Origin: Eledone cirrhosa
Lineage: Eukaryota
NCBI GenBank assembly: GCA_964016885.1
Contig: OZ024746.1
Coordinates: 90,210,001 to 90,274,000 of the forward strand
Length of the DNA: 64,000 nucleotides
Direction: 5' to 3'
Shown here one piece after another: positions 27,660 through 41,378 of the stretch. Below the pieces are notes generated by a model. The model made no database searches. It saw only the letters and a list, made by a program, of their open reading frames with translations, and was not told the origin of the DNA. Position 1 is the first letter of the stretch. Each line of letters starts with the position of its first letter. Both the position numbers and the translations under genes were made by a program.

Positions 27660-27663
<4 letters not shown>
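27080..27663 (+). repeat. Inverted copy of the 557-bp unit
   Basis: Reverse complement of the array unit; the junction lies in the A/T tract at ~27040-27090. Confidence 0.95.
27512..27593 (+). ncRNA. Type I HHR (family E), intact
   Basis: ACTCC-CTGATGA-c-GCAATG..GACAGTT(loop)AACTGTC..CATTGC-a-GAAA-CTAATTAG-TT-GGAGT. Confidence 0.9.
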
Positions 27664-27737
<74 letters not shown>

Positions 27738-27854
27738 CTGTGTGTTTGTGTATGTGTATTTATGCATTTATGTATATGTGTATATATGTGTAGATGTGTT
27801 TGTATATGTTTGTATATATGTATATTAATTTATATATTCATATATATATATATT

Positions 27855-27898
<44 letters not shown>

Positions 27899-27910
27899 AA
27901 TGTGTCTGTT

Positions 27911-28380
27911 GACACCTGAAATATAATTTAAGAGAAACATAATAATAATGATAGGTACCTAATATTTGAACTGGTTTATAGAATTCTCTTGGCCTTTGTC
28001 ACTCTAAGTAGAGCTTTAAAGAATTAGCTTTTAAAGAATTTCCATTTTCCTTAAATCCATCAACCATGACCGTCCCCCAACCATCTTATAGACACCTGAA
28101 ATATAGGCATCGTTAGCTTAAGAGAACTTAAAAATAAGAAGTGGCACCCCATTCTGAACTTGTTTATAGAATTTTCTGCCTTTGTCACTGTAAATATAAA
28201 TTATAGCCTTATCGAATTAGCTTTTAATGAATTCCCTTTTCTTTCAACCAATGACCTCCACTCATCCGACTCCCCACCCTCTCCTACCACCAGAAAAAAA
28301 TATTTTGGACAGCCAGATTCATGATGATTTCTAAAGAATGAAACAGTTCTAGTCCTGTAGAATCTCATCTATATTAAAAC
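27911..28380 (+). mobile_element. Family F pLTR-like repeat: ~180-bp tandem duplication, then HHR at 28316-28364 (C3 mutated)
   Basis: gacacctgaaatata at 27911 and 28091; homologous to 50685-50910. Confidence 0.7.
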
Positions 28381-28448
28381 TATATATATATATACACACC
28401 AAATTTAACACACTCTTATACACACACACTAACACACATACTTACACA

Positions 28449-28480
<32 letters not shown>

Positions 28481-28937
28481 TATGTGTGGGGGGTGTATGT
28501 GCATGTGTGTATGTGCCTATGTTACCGCGTGTGTGCGCATCCGTGTAGGTGTCTATGTATGCTACAAAGCATGTGAGTGCAGTTATATACCAGTCTTCCC
28601 CACACTCCATCATTCGGTATTCAATTAATCAGACTTAATTTCAATTTCCACGTTTTGCCTTTCCTCGTTTATTTATAAGAATTTGCCATTAATGTAATGC
28701 TTTTCTCATCATTAAGGCAATGAATTTAATTATGCGAAATTGTTTGCTTAGTACACCATGTATTCTCGCTCTTACTTTCATATTCATTCCATCCAGCTGG
28801 CCTCGCTATGTAAATCGTAACATCCTCTTTTAAATTATATTGCATCTCAGTTTTCATTCACAAAAAAAACCCACATAAGCTCATTATGTTTTCTGTATTG
28901 GAATGACTACTATTCACAATTGAAATGACATAACTGT

Positions 28938-29025
28938 CTCTACCTTTGGCACAAGGCCTGCAATTATCCGAGTGCATTGCTAGTGCTTTATTTTATCGAC
29001 CGGGTAAGGATGAAAGACAAAGTTA
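28938..29025 (-). mobile_element. SINE family 1, 3' fragment
   Basis: Homology to other family 1 copies. Confidence 0.7.
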
Positions 29026-29438
29026 ATAATAGTGAAATATAGGGATAGTAATAATTGTAGCGCGAAAGTCACATACGATACTCCAATTTAAAGTAGTAAA
29101 CATTTAATTGATATTAAAATTCAGGTTCGTATGACAGCCGTACTTAAACACAATATACTGGTGCCCATACATAACTAGGAAATATATTTTACTTAAAGTG
29201 CCAATTACGCTAGGTATTACTTTTCGTCCTGGATACCTCTGTGTATCTAGTAAACATACATGTGTCCTACATTTATCCATCAATTAAGCCATACATATGT
29301 GCATAGATTCAACTACATACGCCTGAATCCGCATGTGCACACCCAGTAACCCATCCCCGTGCATACATACAAATACACACGCACCCCCACACACCACCCA
29401 CATTCCCACCCGCAGACCCACCCACACACACGCACACA

Positions 29439-29484
<46 letters not shown>

Positions 29485-29827
29485 TTGGAAAGGTTTTTTA
29501 TATGAAATCGTGTGTCGAAACAAATATTGGTATATAAACAATACTGACCTAAGGGAAATATAAATATATAAATAAATAAATAAAGTTATATATAAATAAA
29601 TAAATATATACAAAAGTACACCAACAACAAACACATATAAACACACACTAGTGAACAAAGAAATAATACGAAAACTAAATCATATACACGTAAACGCGAA
29701 CACACACACCAAACATTAAACACACACGCAAACGCATGCGCAGGGACAGAGACACGAAGAAATAAATTAATTAATTGAATTAAAATGGCATAAAATATAC
29801 AAAACAACGGGAGGAACATAGAAGTCC

Positions 29828-30056
29828 CACTCATGATGTCGCAGATGTGTGACGAAAGAACTTTAATAGACTATATTTATTTATAGACTATATATATTTA
29901 TATATGTATTTTTTAACCGTTGATCAATGCCAGATAAATTAACTATGTAGATGTAAAGATAACAGATGCGAAAACCAACCCAAACCAAGTAGTGTATTCG
30001 TTCTGTTGCTATTTCTGGCAATATTATAACAATTTGACCATCCCCAAGTATAACAT
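29828..30056 (+). mobile_element. Family G-related fragment with decayed HHR
   Basis: ctcatgatgtcgcagatgtgtgacgaaagaacttt ... gaccatccccaagtataaca. Confidence 0.6.
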
Positions 30057-30129
30057 CACCCCCCCACACACACACACACACACATTCACATATATATATA
30101 TATGTGTAACACACTCACACACACTCACG

Positions 30130-30198
<69 letters not shown>

Positions 30199-30217
30199 AT
30201 ATGCGTGTGTGTGTGTG

Positions 30218-30285
<68 letters not shown>

Positions 30286-30290
30286 TATAT

Positions 30291-30822
30291 GCTCACATCT
30301 CACCCAGGTCGGATGGTCTGTATCCCTCCTCGTCTATGATTTCACCGAACTTAAGTTCACAGATATCACGGACTTTTTTCTCCTCTTCCTTCTTTCCGTT
30401 GCCTTACCATCTCTGTTTGTTTACATGTCTCGCTCGCTTCACACTAATTTACGTGTCCCGATAACTTTTTTTTAGTTATTGCTCGCACCAACCAGAGGTA
30501 TAGCCAGTCACTCTCTCTCAGCTGGCCTCTTCCTCACACTTTCCTCACTTACTATGTGCTACTCTTCCTCTCTCACTTCCTCCCGTTTGACCTGTGTGAA
30601 ATCCTTTTCTCGCTCACATCTCACCCAGGTCGGATGGTCTGTATCTCTCCTCGTTTATAATTTCACCGAAGTTAAGTTCACAGATATCACGGACTTGTTT
30701 TTCCTCTTCCTCTATTTCCGTTGCATTACCATCTCTTTTTGTTTACATGTCGCGCTCGCTTCACCCTATTTTACGTGTCCCAATAACTTTTTTTTGTTAT
30801 TGCTCGCACCAACCAGAGGTAT
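30291..30822. repeat. Direct repeat of ~210 bp at 320-bp period
   Basis: gctcacatctcacccaggtcggatgg at 30291 and ~30612. Confidence 0.9.
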
Positions 30823-30925
30823 ATGATCTTTAATGCGAAGAAATTCCAATGACGGTTGCAAGATCACTGATGAAGGACTCATTTTATTCATATGTACCCC
30901 ATATGCAACAACGCAGCACGCCATT

Positions 30926-31044
<119 letters not shown>

Positions 31045-31509
31045 AAGAGAATTTGCTTCGAAATCACTTGACGTATCTGAGGAACCTGCGAATCGAGAGT
31101 CAGGTTCGAACCACAAACAGATCGCAGATCGAGATGTTCGCCGGAGACACAATTCTAATACGTATTTAATTGTGTTCCGATGCACCACTGATTCTTCCTT
31201 CTCCATCATATTACATATACATATATATATGCACAAACATGCAACTATCATGACCTGGAAAGCTAATTAGAACACTTGATTAACCACTTTACTTCCCTCC
31301 GAAGAAGAGATATTATCTCGAAGATTAAGGATATTCAAATAAAAGTAAGGTAAAATACTAATTGTCAACAATATCTTTTGCATTTGTATTTATATTCTGT
31401 AACCATACCTGGATTGTTTTGGCCTTCTAACTCCAAACGTTTATACCTCATTACGCAATGCTTCATGGAAACTACAATGTCCATATATATATATATCCAT
31501 AGATACTGT

Positions 31510-31605
<96 letters not shown>

Positions 31606-32180
31606 ATTATATACATTATATATAAATACATATATTTATATATATATATACATATATAGATAAATATATATATATATATATATAGTTATATATAGGCCAT
31701 CAGGAAACGACGTTTCAGGTGATGAGTGGCGAATTAATTTCTAATTAATTACTTTTGCAGCCCTCGTGAGGAAAATAGTAATTTGCGTTAATGAAACTGT
31801 ATTCTAAGAGTTAGAAAGATGGTATTCAAGTGCATGAACCATGACAGGCATGCTGACAACAGAGGATTCGTTTAGAAATTACGACAGTTCCGTCATGAGC
31901 ACATTTTGCTCAATAGTAGCAATATTTATTAATTAGATCAATTAAATTATTGTCAATGCACTATGTCTCAGATGTGCTATCTATGAGAATCACTCACATA
32001 TGTGTATAGTAACATAGTTCTAATTTACAAAAATATATTACCAACACTTATGATTACCATGAACGTAAATTGCACTGCTAATTCTAATTTATTAACTATG
32101 TGTCTCGGGACCCGACAACTAGATACGACTACTAGTTCGAGCTGTCGGGGTCCTGAATATTTTCCTCTCTCTCTCTCTCT

Positions 32181-32219
<39 letters not shown>

Positions 32220-32295
32220 AAAGTTCTATTTAAAATTGTTAGGATACAATAAGTAAATATTTTTATAACTGATATAAAGCACTCGACAAGTATTT

Positions 32296-32585
32296 ATAAA
32301 TGGAAACTATATTTATAAAACCATATTTATTTCATTATACATATTTCAGGGATACCAAATAAAATGATGGTATGCCTTCATCAGACAAAATACAATATAT
32401 AACAGTTTTATCCGGATGACTTCCAAAAACAATGGTTGCATTTTAATAGGGTACGTCAAAGCTTATTTGTAAAACTGTTATATATTGTATTTTGTCTGAT
32501 GAAGGCATACCATAATTTTATTTGGTATCCCTGAAATATGTATAATGAAATAAATATGGTTTTATAAATATAGTTCCCATTTATT
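32296..32585. repeat. Fold-back element with two outward-facing family D HHRs (32328-32392 minus; 32488-32552 plus)
   Basis: Plus arm: TATTTTGT-CTGATGA-AGG-cATACCA..TGGTAT-c-CCT-GAAA-TATgtATA-ATGAAATA. The left arm is its reverse complement. Confidence 0.85.
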
Positions 32586-32597
32586 AATATCGTGTAT

Positions 32598-32637
<40 letters not shown>

Positions 32638-32687
32638 TTACATTATATACATTGGATGGATAGGTGTCCTCATCTTGTTTTGTTGTT

Positions 32688-32733
32688 AACACAACGTTTC
32701 TGCTGATGTACTCTCCAGCCTTCCTCGGGTTTC
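32688..32733 (-). ncRNA. Decayed minimal HHR downstream of a GIY-YIG fragment
   Basis: Reverse complement: aac-CcGAGGA-aGGCTG..CAGCa-GAAA-CG-TT-gtgtt. Confidence 0.55.
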
Positions 32734-32899
32734 CCAGTGATGTTATTATTAATGTTGGTTCAGGTTACTGCCTCGAATTGTACTTGGAATCTTCAGGTTA
32801 GTAGCCCGCATTTTACCACTTTTTTTCTGTTCTTTTCTCATGAATTTTTAGGGCTTATAATCTGATATATGTCTATCTTTCCTCAATACCTGTTCCCAT

Positions 32900-33130
32900 T
32901 TACTACTCATATCCGCACTAGGTCTGCTTAGGAGGTTATTGTGTCCTAGCATAATGTGCTGCCTCTTTTAGTTTAGGTGTTTTCCAGTGGTGTTCTCTGT
33001 CTATTATTTTAACTTCATCCCACAGGGGAAGATGTTCTTCTACCCTTATTTTGATGGGGCGGCCTGTTTCGCCTTTGTATAACCTACCACAACTGCATGG
33101 GATGGAGTACACACAGTCTTTGATCATATT
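32900..33130 (-). pseudogene. Penelope-type GIY-YIG endonuclease fragment
   Basis: CVYSIPCSCGRLYKGETGRPIKIRVEEH...WDEVKIIDREHHWK..KLKEA. Confidence 0.85.
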
Positions 33131-33139
33131 CTTGCCTGT

Positions 33140-33628
33140 CTTCTAGTCCAGCAGTCGCAAGTGGTTGGAGGGACCGTCATAACGATGGCCAGTTAAGCCT
33201 GAAATGCATAGACAGTTGTCCCCCTTGCTTCTGCTGGACATCACCAGAGGGCGTTAGCCCCCCCCCCCCCGTGTTTGCATAGCTACGGCTTCCTAAACCG
33301 TATTTCTTTGGAGATACGAAATATTAATACAAATTGTATAAAGCTATGCTTGAAGCATAGTTGAGCCAACTTTGCTGCTTCATATGCAAATGTGATTAGT
33401 CACCTCATTTACACAGACGAGAAAACTATATGTTCTCGCCTGCCTTCTAGTCCAGCAGTCGCAAACGGTGGGATGGACCGTCCTGATGATCGCCAGTTAA
33501 GCCTGAAATGCACAGACGGTTGTCCCCCTTGCTTCTGCTGGACATCACCAGAGGGCGTTAGCCTCCCCGTGTTTGCATAGCTACGGCTTGCTAAAACCGT
33601 ATTTCTTTGGAGATACGAAATATTTATC
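33140..33628. repeat. Two ~190-bp GC-rich direct repeats at ~300-bp period
   Basis: cttctagtccagcagtcgcaa at 33140 and ~33444. Confidence 0.85.
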
Positions 33629-34287
33629 ATTCTAATGATTTACATATGGAATTTAATTTTAGCACATTTAATTCTCCAAAAGCATCAATTTGTACATATT
33701 GCATTAAGTATTGATTTTGTTATCATGCCAAAACCAATTGCAAACTAATTGAACTCTGTGCTTTGTTATAGAAGAAATATAAAGGAGAATGGTCCTCATT
33801 GATGTCACCTATCATATGATATTAATACTGAAAAAGAAAATGCACTTAGTTTTTTATTCACTGCTCTGTTATTGATATTATAGAAGTAAGATTACGTTAG
33901 TGCATTTGATACGAAGCTGAGTGACTCAACCATTCATCTTATGCGTTTGATCTGTATTCTTTGCTTTTGAATAGAGCTTGTTAAATGTAGCTACTGAAGT
34001 ATGAATTTCCAATATTAAACAATATTGTTTCTGGAATGGAGGCTGATATTTTACTTTTCCTCAAAGAATTATGCAGATTATATTGAAGTCAGAAATCGGA
34101 GGTGGTCATATTTGATGAAATAATACTCATTAGGAAAAAATAGGAAATATCCCAGAGTCGCATTTCCTCCCCACAATTGGCACATCTAAGAATATTAGGC
34201 TGGCTAAGGTGATCAGGTACTCTAATAAGGTTATGAACCTCGTGTAATATATGCGACCCGATGCAGCATACCAAGCATAGCAATATG

Positions 34288-34362
<75 letters not shown>

Positions 34363-34689
34363 CTATGTGTGAGTGTGTGTGTGTATGTGTGTGTATGTAT
34401 ATACATATATACATAAATATATAAATATATATAGATAGATAGATAGAAATATTCACAATTTAAAAAAAAATTATTTATTCACATATCTCTATGAATGTTA
34501 CTCTGCGGATAGAATATTACAGCCATTTGTAGATCAGTTAGACTACATTTGTTAACAATTATCTCCATCAACTCCGGATCAGGAAAATGCCTCGTAATCA
34601 ATTTACTAGTGTAAATAAAAAAAATATATATATAACCAAAGATAAATATGGTTCGTTGATTACTCAATGAATACAATTTTACAAAAGCA

Positions 34690-36070
34690 GTCAACATAAA
34701 CATCCCCATGGGCTCCAATGATTCAACGGAAGTTACGGATCTTGTGGGAATTTACATAGCCCACATACTACATGGAAAATGTAATAATCTACAGGGGGAA
34801 TATATAGAGACGACGCGCTTCTATAAGTTAATAACTTAAATAACCAACATTTTGAAAGGATACGGAGAAAACATTAAGAAATATGTTAGTGAACTGTGTC
34901 TAAAAATAACGTACGAATACAATCTTTAAGTAGTAAACTTTCTAGACGTAACTCTTAATTTGAATACAGAACTGATACAAGCCTTCCACAAGATAAATGA
35001 GAACCAACCTTACCTATATTAATTTTAACTCGAATTACCCGCTTTCCATGATCAAATCGGTTCCTCGTCGTATTTCTCTCAGAATCTCTCGCCTATCGTC
35101 TAACTCTGAGATTTTCAGTGAACATGCTGAATACTATAATAACGCATTAAGGAATACAGACCACCGGGATAAAATAGAATACATTGATAAGAATCTCCAT
35201 AGCACACATAGCTACACACGAAATCAAAGAATATGTATCCGGGGTACAGAAATACAAGCGCACACACGCAGTAGCACCAGACATACTAATAATTGTTTCT
35301 ACTTTAGGCACAAGGCCAGCAATTACACAGTGCATTACTTGTACTTTATTTTATCGACCCCGTAAGGATGAAAGGCAAAGTCAACCTCGGCGGGATTTGA
35401 ACTCAGATCGTAAAGGGACGTAACTATGCTGGAAAGCATGGCGTCCGACCATCTACCGATACTGCCAATCCACCACCAGACATAGTAATAATAGAAAATG
35501 ATCACCAATCTCAACAGAAAATACGTTGTACAAAGTATATCTGGTATAATCCCATTTTTAATGCTTCGATTAGTACAAAACTATCTCTTTCATTATTTAA
35601 GTTAATTAACGACCATTTCCCCAATTCCCATAAATACCGTAAAATTCTAAACTCTAAGACTGTTAAGATATAATACTCCATTGCACCATACCTTGAAGCA
35701 TACATAAACAAACTTAACTTAAAGCAATTATTAAACAACACTACAAAACAAAATAATTTAGAAACAGATAGGCATAACGTAATATTAGCCTCCCAACCAC
35801 CAAATGGGAGACAGGTATTACACAACCCACCTGAACTGTTATCCCAACCTATCCATGGTACAGCTGCTACCCACAACAAAAACTACAACTTCCACCTACC
35901 CGAAAGATGCCCATTGATGAATACATGCCTAGAGTCCAACATTGTTTATCAATGCACTGGCGAATTGAACGACCAGAAATGGTATTACATCGGGTCTACC
36001 ACTAACTTATTTAACTCTCGATGGTATCGTCATCGATTTTCGATTAAACATCCGGAACACCATCGGTTAA
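34690..36070 (+). pseudogene. Decayed PLE (YRDD-type RT to GIY-YIG) interrupted by a SINE
   Basis: PMGSNDSTEVTDLVGIY, GIYRDDA, VNFLDVTLNL, RISRLSSNSEIF, CPL..TCLESNIVYQC..YYIGST. Confidence 0.8.
35290..35474 (-). mobile_element. SINE family 1 inserted in the PLE, TSD caccagacata(c/g)taataat
   Basis: Homology; TSD at 35275 and 35474. Confidence 0.9.
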
Positions 36071-37159
36071 CCACGGATACTTGAGAGCGATCATCAGACT
36101 ACAACTATGAACTCGATATATACCGCCTTTCCTTCCCCTTCACGTAGCTTTTCTCTGTCCCCTCTCTCTGTCTCTCTTTTTATTTCTCTCTCTCCCTTCC
36201 GCTGTCTCTCGCCTTCTGCCTACCTCCTTCCCTCTCCTCATCTATCAACCTGCTCTCTGTGGCAATAAATAATTCTAAACTTGATAATATCAACACAATG
36301 CCTAAGTTGTCATTTTGAGAGTAAGCAGTATAGTAAAACCACTTGTTGGACCCCTATCACAACATTTAGATTAAGCTATCAGTATTCTTCAAACCACTCT
36401 CTCCCATTTCTCCGACCTCTACATCTCCCCATCCCCTCTCTCTCTCTCTCGCTCACCCCTTCTTTCTCTCTCCCTTTTTCTACTCTATCTTCCCCAATAA
36501 CTTCCTTGAAGAAATACAATGGAATTTACACTTTACCCATTCTGCTCTGAACACACGGTAGGAGAAGCAGCATTGACAATTGAATATCTGCAAAAGAATA
36601 GCTGCCAAATTGCATATAGCATGACTAGGCTGTGTAACTACTGTTGAAACAGTTGTAAGCACTCGGAAGAAATTACCTTTTTATGATGTCTACCTGTTTT
36701 ATTATTCATTCTTTATCTACACTACGGAATACAGAAGAATCAGAAACTGACTTTCTTTAACTATTCTTCCATAACTCGTTGTGTAACCCCTCACCGTACG
36801 TCGACTCTATCTAGTGTAGTAATTAGCCATTACTGCATTAGGATAATCCTAAGCATTTCTTGCATAACCTAATATATATATATTCTCGAGAAATTATCAC
36901 TTGCTATGAAATAAACAGTCCTTTTTGTTTACCACTGTATAACGTGTTAATCTCTCCCTTTGCGTTAAGAAACAGTCCTTTTTTCTGATAGGTCTTTTGA
37001 TAAGATGTATCAATCTCACAGTGATGATGCACTTTTGTAGTGCAGGGTCGTTTAACAAGAATCGGCGAAACTGCAGTGGAGATATTAAAGAAAAATAGGT
37101 ATACTTCTGTTCATTATTTCCTCATATTTTGTAATGTTATATATATATATATATATATT

Positions 37160-38253
37160 TAATACAATAACAGATATAGTTTAAAACTAAACTCTGACTG
37201 GTAACCATCACACTCAACAAACATTAGGTTATATTTAAATATAAACCCAATTTTAGTGTTTGGGGTGCTAACAATATGTATAATGTGGAAAAACCAGTTG
37301 TATTATTTTATGAGATATAATTAAAGTAAAAGTATATCTCTTTTCAAACAATTGTTTCATTATAAGTTTTCTACAAGTTGGGAGAATGTTTCCAGTTTAT
37401 GTAGAAGCCTAATATATATTCATGTAAGAATATATTTAGGTTGGCACTTATAAATCATCAGTGGAAGACCGTTAAACTTTGATATAAGAAAATAATTTCT
37501 TACCGCTGTCAAAAATCGTGTCCGTAAAGTTACTCTCTCTCGCCTCGAATGACCGCCAAATTTGAAATTCCAGCAGTTTTTGGCTGAGGAAGTATCATAG
37601 CGACACGAAGCGGGAAGGGGAGACAACACACGATCCACGAAATGAGGAAAAAAAATAATATACACGCGGGTTAATTAGTTTTTTTGAAAACATTATCAAT
37701 CCAACGTGTTTAAGAACTCAATTGAAAATAAAAAAATAAATATATGCTTGTATAAATTACACACGCATATAGATATTTTCTTAGGCTAAATCAGAAGTTG
37801 TACCCGAATAAGAACCGCTTCTCATAACCGCAGTAAATGCAGAAAGTTATGATATAAAGGGCAAATGGGAATATAATTCTCCGGCCGAATTAAGAGTAAA
37901 ATATAAAACACACGCGGGTTAATTAGTTATTTCAAAACCAATATTAATTCCTCGTGTAAAGAACTCAATTAATAAAAGAAAATAAATAAATATATGCATG
38001 TAACTATACACGTAGGCATATATATATATTTTCTTAGGCTAAAAAACAGAGAAGTTACAACCAAAAAAAGCCACAATATTTCACAACAGTAATAAATTCG
38101 GAAAGTCAAATTCATAAGGTACCTGGAAATAAACACCTCTGGCCAATCAAGAGTAAATATTTAATACAATAACAGAGATAGTTTAAAACTAAACTCTGAC
38201 TGGTAACCATCTCACTCAACAAACATTAGGTTATATTTAAATATAAACCCAAT
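37160..38253. repeat. ~1-kb unit with ~92-bp direct terminal repeats and an internal ~250-bp tandem duplication
   Basis: aatacaataacaga.atagtttaaaactaaactctgactgg at ~37161 and ~38163; acacgcgggttaattagtt at ~37662 and ~37911; homology to 59810-60000. Confidence 0.8.
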
Positions 38254-38944
38254 TATGTATCGGTTTGTTTTTATACGTTGTTTGTATTTATATATTATTA
38301 TTTTATTATTTCCCCTTTTTGGTTTTATTTTTATTTTTATTTTCATTTCCTTATATGTTTTTTGATTTGTTAATCCTATTTATTTATTTCTGTCTCCGAA
38401 CTACTTCCCAATGGTTTGTGTATATAAATATATGTGTGTGCATATAAATATACGTGCGTCTATGTATAGAAATATTTGTGTATGTATGTATGTACGTGTA
38501 TGTGTGTGTATACATATTTATATGTGTGTGTGTGTGTGTGTGTGTGTATACATGGGTGTGTATATATATGTGTATATATATATCTGTGTATATATATATA
38601 TATGTGTGTGGAGAGGTATGCATTTGTGTATATATAGATTTTACGTTATTATTGTGTACCTGTGTGAGTGTTCGCCTGTGTTGCGCATATGTGTCCAAAA
38701 GATCACACGTTTATATGTGTGTGTTCGTATTTCCTTGTAGTCGCACATACACTTATGTGAGAATGGATACGTTTACGTACTATTACTTATAAGCGTGTGT
38801 TTGAGTGTGTGTATGTTTATGTTCTGGATATTTAATTTTTTTTTTTTCCCCCTCAATTTTTGCCCGTTATTTGATTTCAGCCTCACTTTCATTTTTCCTA
38901 AACTTTGTTTTTTCAAATTCATATTTAATAAACATTCCATATTA

Positions 38945-39007
38945 TACTTTCTGACGACTGAAGACAGATATAAATATATGTCTTCAAGAAACCACTGGTA
39001 AATGAAT
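38945..39007 (+). ncRNA. Type I HHR, intact core, weak stem I
   Basis: CTGACGA-c-TGAAGACA(loop)TGTCTTCA-a-GAAA-CCA-c-TGG-TA. Confidence 0.75.
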
Positions 39008-39749
39008 TAATTATCTTTTGTTGTTTATTACCTATTTATATATATATATATATATAAATGAAATAACAGGAGGCTGGACTGGTGTAAATCCTTGAAAGGT
39101 TTATTATACTATGATCATTTCAATGACCGGGTTCCATATGATTTCAGGTTTTGGAATATAACAAAGGAATATGTAAAAAGCCATGGGTCCAAAAAATTAG
39201 AAACAGAGGGGACGGCTGGCCGACTAGCTACTCAGCTAGCCGCCCTCAAAGTGTTGGCAATCAAAAAACTACCAATGAATATCTGGTGAGGGTGCGAAGG
39301 CTTACAATTCGCTACCACCACTCCGTCAAAGAAGAAGGGGAAGAAAGAAAGGAAGGGAGAAAGAAGTGTAGTGTAAGGGTCAAACTACATTCATGTTAGA
39401 AAATGCCGCGAAAAAATGGTCTGATGTGTGAACCGAAGATTGGAACGTTAAATTTATGTTGCGAGTTATAGGAAGAAATTAAATTAAATTAAAAATATTA
39501 AATTGCAAAATGGTAAATTGCAAAATAGATGTAGCTAGATTTATTTATTTAATGAAATTACTGAGAGAGTCTTATATGAATAAACATTTTTAGAGTATAG
39601 AGTAAATATTTCGATTCCGTATTCGCACCACCAACTACACAAACGAAGATGGGTGAACTGCACTGCGTTGAGTACTCTTCACAATATAACACCAGGGTTG
39701 ACCATACGGAATGACCAGTTCTATCCAGTGGTGAACCAACAAACCTAAA

Positions 39750-39812
<63 letters not shown>

Positions 39813-40925
39813 AACTAGTTTTGCTTTGGAAATAGAGATCTAATTCCCATACGCCATATTACAGAAGGCATGGGAATCGCACATGCATTTAATTCTTAGT
39901 CAGATAGTTATATGTTAGAAAATTGATATCGTATTTCATTGCATCTACTACAAAATTGCACATGATGATTGAATTTGCTTTCTAGATATGAGCTGGATGC
40001 ATATGTGTAATATGTTAATCGAGCTTAGAAGTGTATGGCTGCGATATGAAATTCTAAAATGTTTGTACAGTCGATATTACTTTTGCAGTAACGATTATTA
40101 TTACGTCACTTATCTGCAACATATATAAAAACACATAAATAAAGTAAAATATCCCAAATCGTATTTTGACTGAGAAGAAATTTACCTGTTAGTTTTACCA
40201 GCTAGTCCTAACAGGTCTAATTGGTTTCAAATTGAGCATAAGTAGCATATATGTAAAAGGGAGTTTTAGTTATTTAATTTCACACATACTTTCGAAATTT
40301 GCATCAGTGTAAATATACAGGGTAAATATACAATGGAAATTCTCCAATCTGTGATTGTTATTCTCTACATATATCTTATCTATATGTCTATATATTCCTG
40401 AAATTGGTTTCTATAGCTATTTAAGAATTTGTGAAAGTAGTTTAGTTTCCTTGAATGATATTTCAGTGAAATATGATTGCTGTACTTTAGGAAGAAGACA
40501 ATCACATATTACATAGCCTCCGGGTAGATATGATGCTCCTTTTGCTTTACATGGACAAATGATTCTGATAGTTTCCGTCAATTTACGTTAAGTAAATATT
40601 TTATGTATAGAAACATTAATACTACTAAGAAACAGATTGAGCAATTTCATGAATAAAATGTAATTGCAAGAAAAAGTTTAATAAAGAAAATATGTTCAAC
40701 AGAACGCAGTTAATCTCATAGAATTTTTGTCCAGACACCATTTATGTGCCATCAGCTTGCCAATTATCGCATTTCTTCAGTCTTATGGAATCAATTTAAC
40801 ATGCGTATCAGACATTACCTCAAGAATATGTGGCTATATATGCACATGAAAACACAACATACACGCACACACACACACACACCCACACATACACTCACGT
40901 ACACACACATACAAACACACACACT

Positions 40926-41310
40926 GGTTTGGCAGTATTGGTAGAGGGTCGGACGCCATGCTTTGACACATAGAGTTACAGCCCTTGCCATTCTGAGTAC
41001 ATATACCGCCGAGGTTAACTTTGCCTTTCATCCTTACGAGGTCGATGAAATAAAGTACCAGTAATGTACTGGTTAATTGCTGGCCTTGTGCCAAAGTAGA
41101 AACAATTATTTAATATAGAAAGGGCGGTGGATTGGCAGTATCAGTAGAGGGTCGGATGCCATGCTTTGAGGCATAGAGTTACGCACCTTTCCACTCTGAG
41201 TTCAAATCCCGCCGAGGTTAACTTTGCCTTTCATCCTTACGGGGTCGATAAAATAAAGTACCAGTAATGCACAGGTTAATTGCTGGCCTTGTGTCAAAAG
41301 TAGAAACAAA
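40926..41310 (+). mobile_element. Two tandem SINE family 1 copies
   Basis: Copies at ~40926-41110 and ~41122-41310. Confidence 0.85.
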
Positions 41311-41326
41311 TATTTAATATACCAAT

Positions 41327-41378
41327 GACTTTCACAAGACTAGTACTGTTTCATTCTCATGAAATCATCAGATGATTC
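41327..41378 (-). ncRNA. Decayed family F HHR
   Basis: Reverse complement: CTGATGA-tttcatgagaat-GAAA-cagtactagtcttgtg. Confidence 0.55.

Noticed and set aside
25231-27663. CRISPR-like or ordinary satellite interpretation of the array
   Set aside because: There are no unique spacers, the context is eukaryotic, and the unit carries a covarying ribozyme.
37580-37615. ctgagga...gaag as an HHR
   Set aside because: No GAAA, stem III or stem I.
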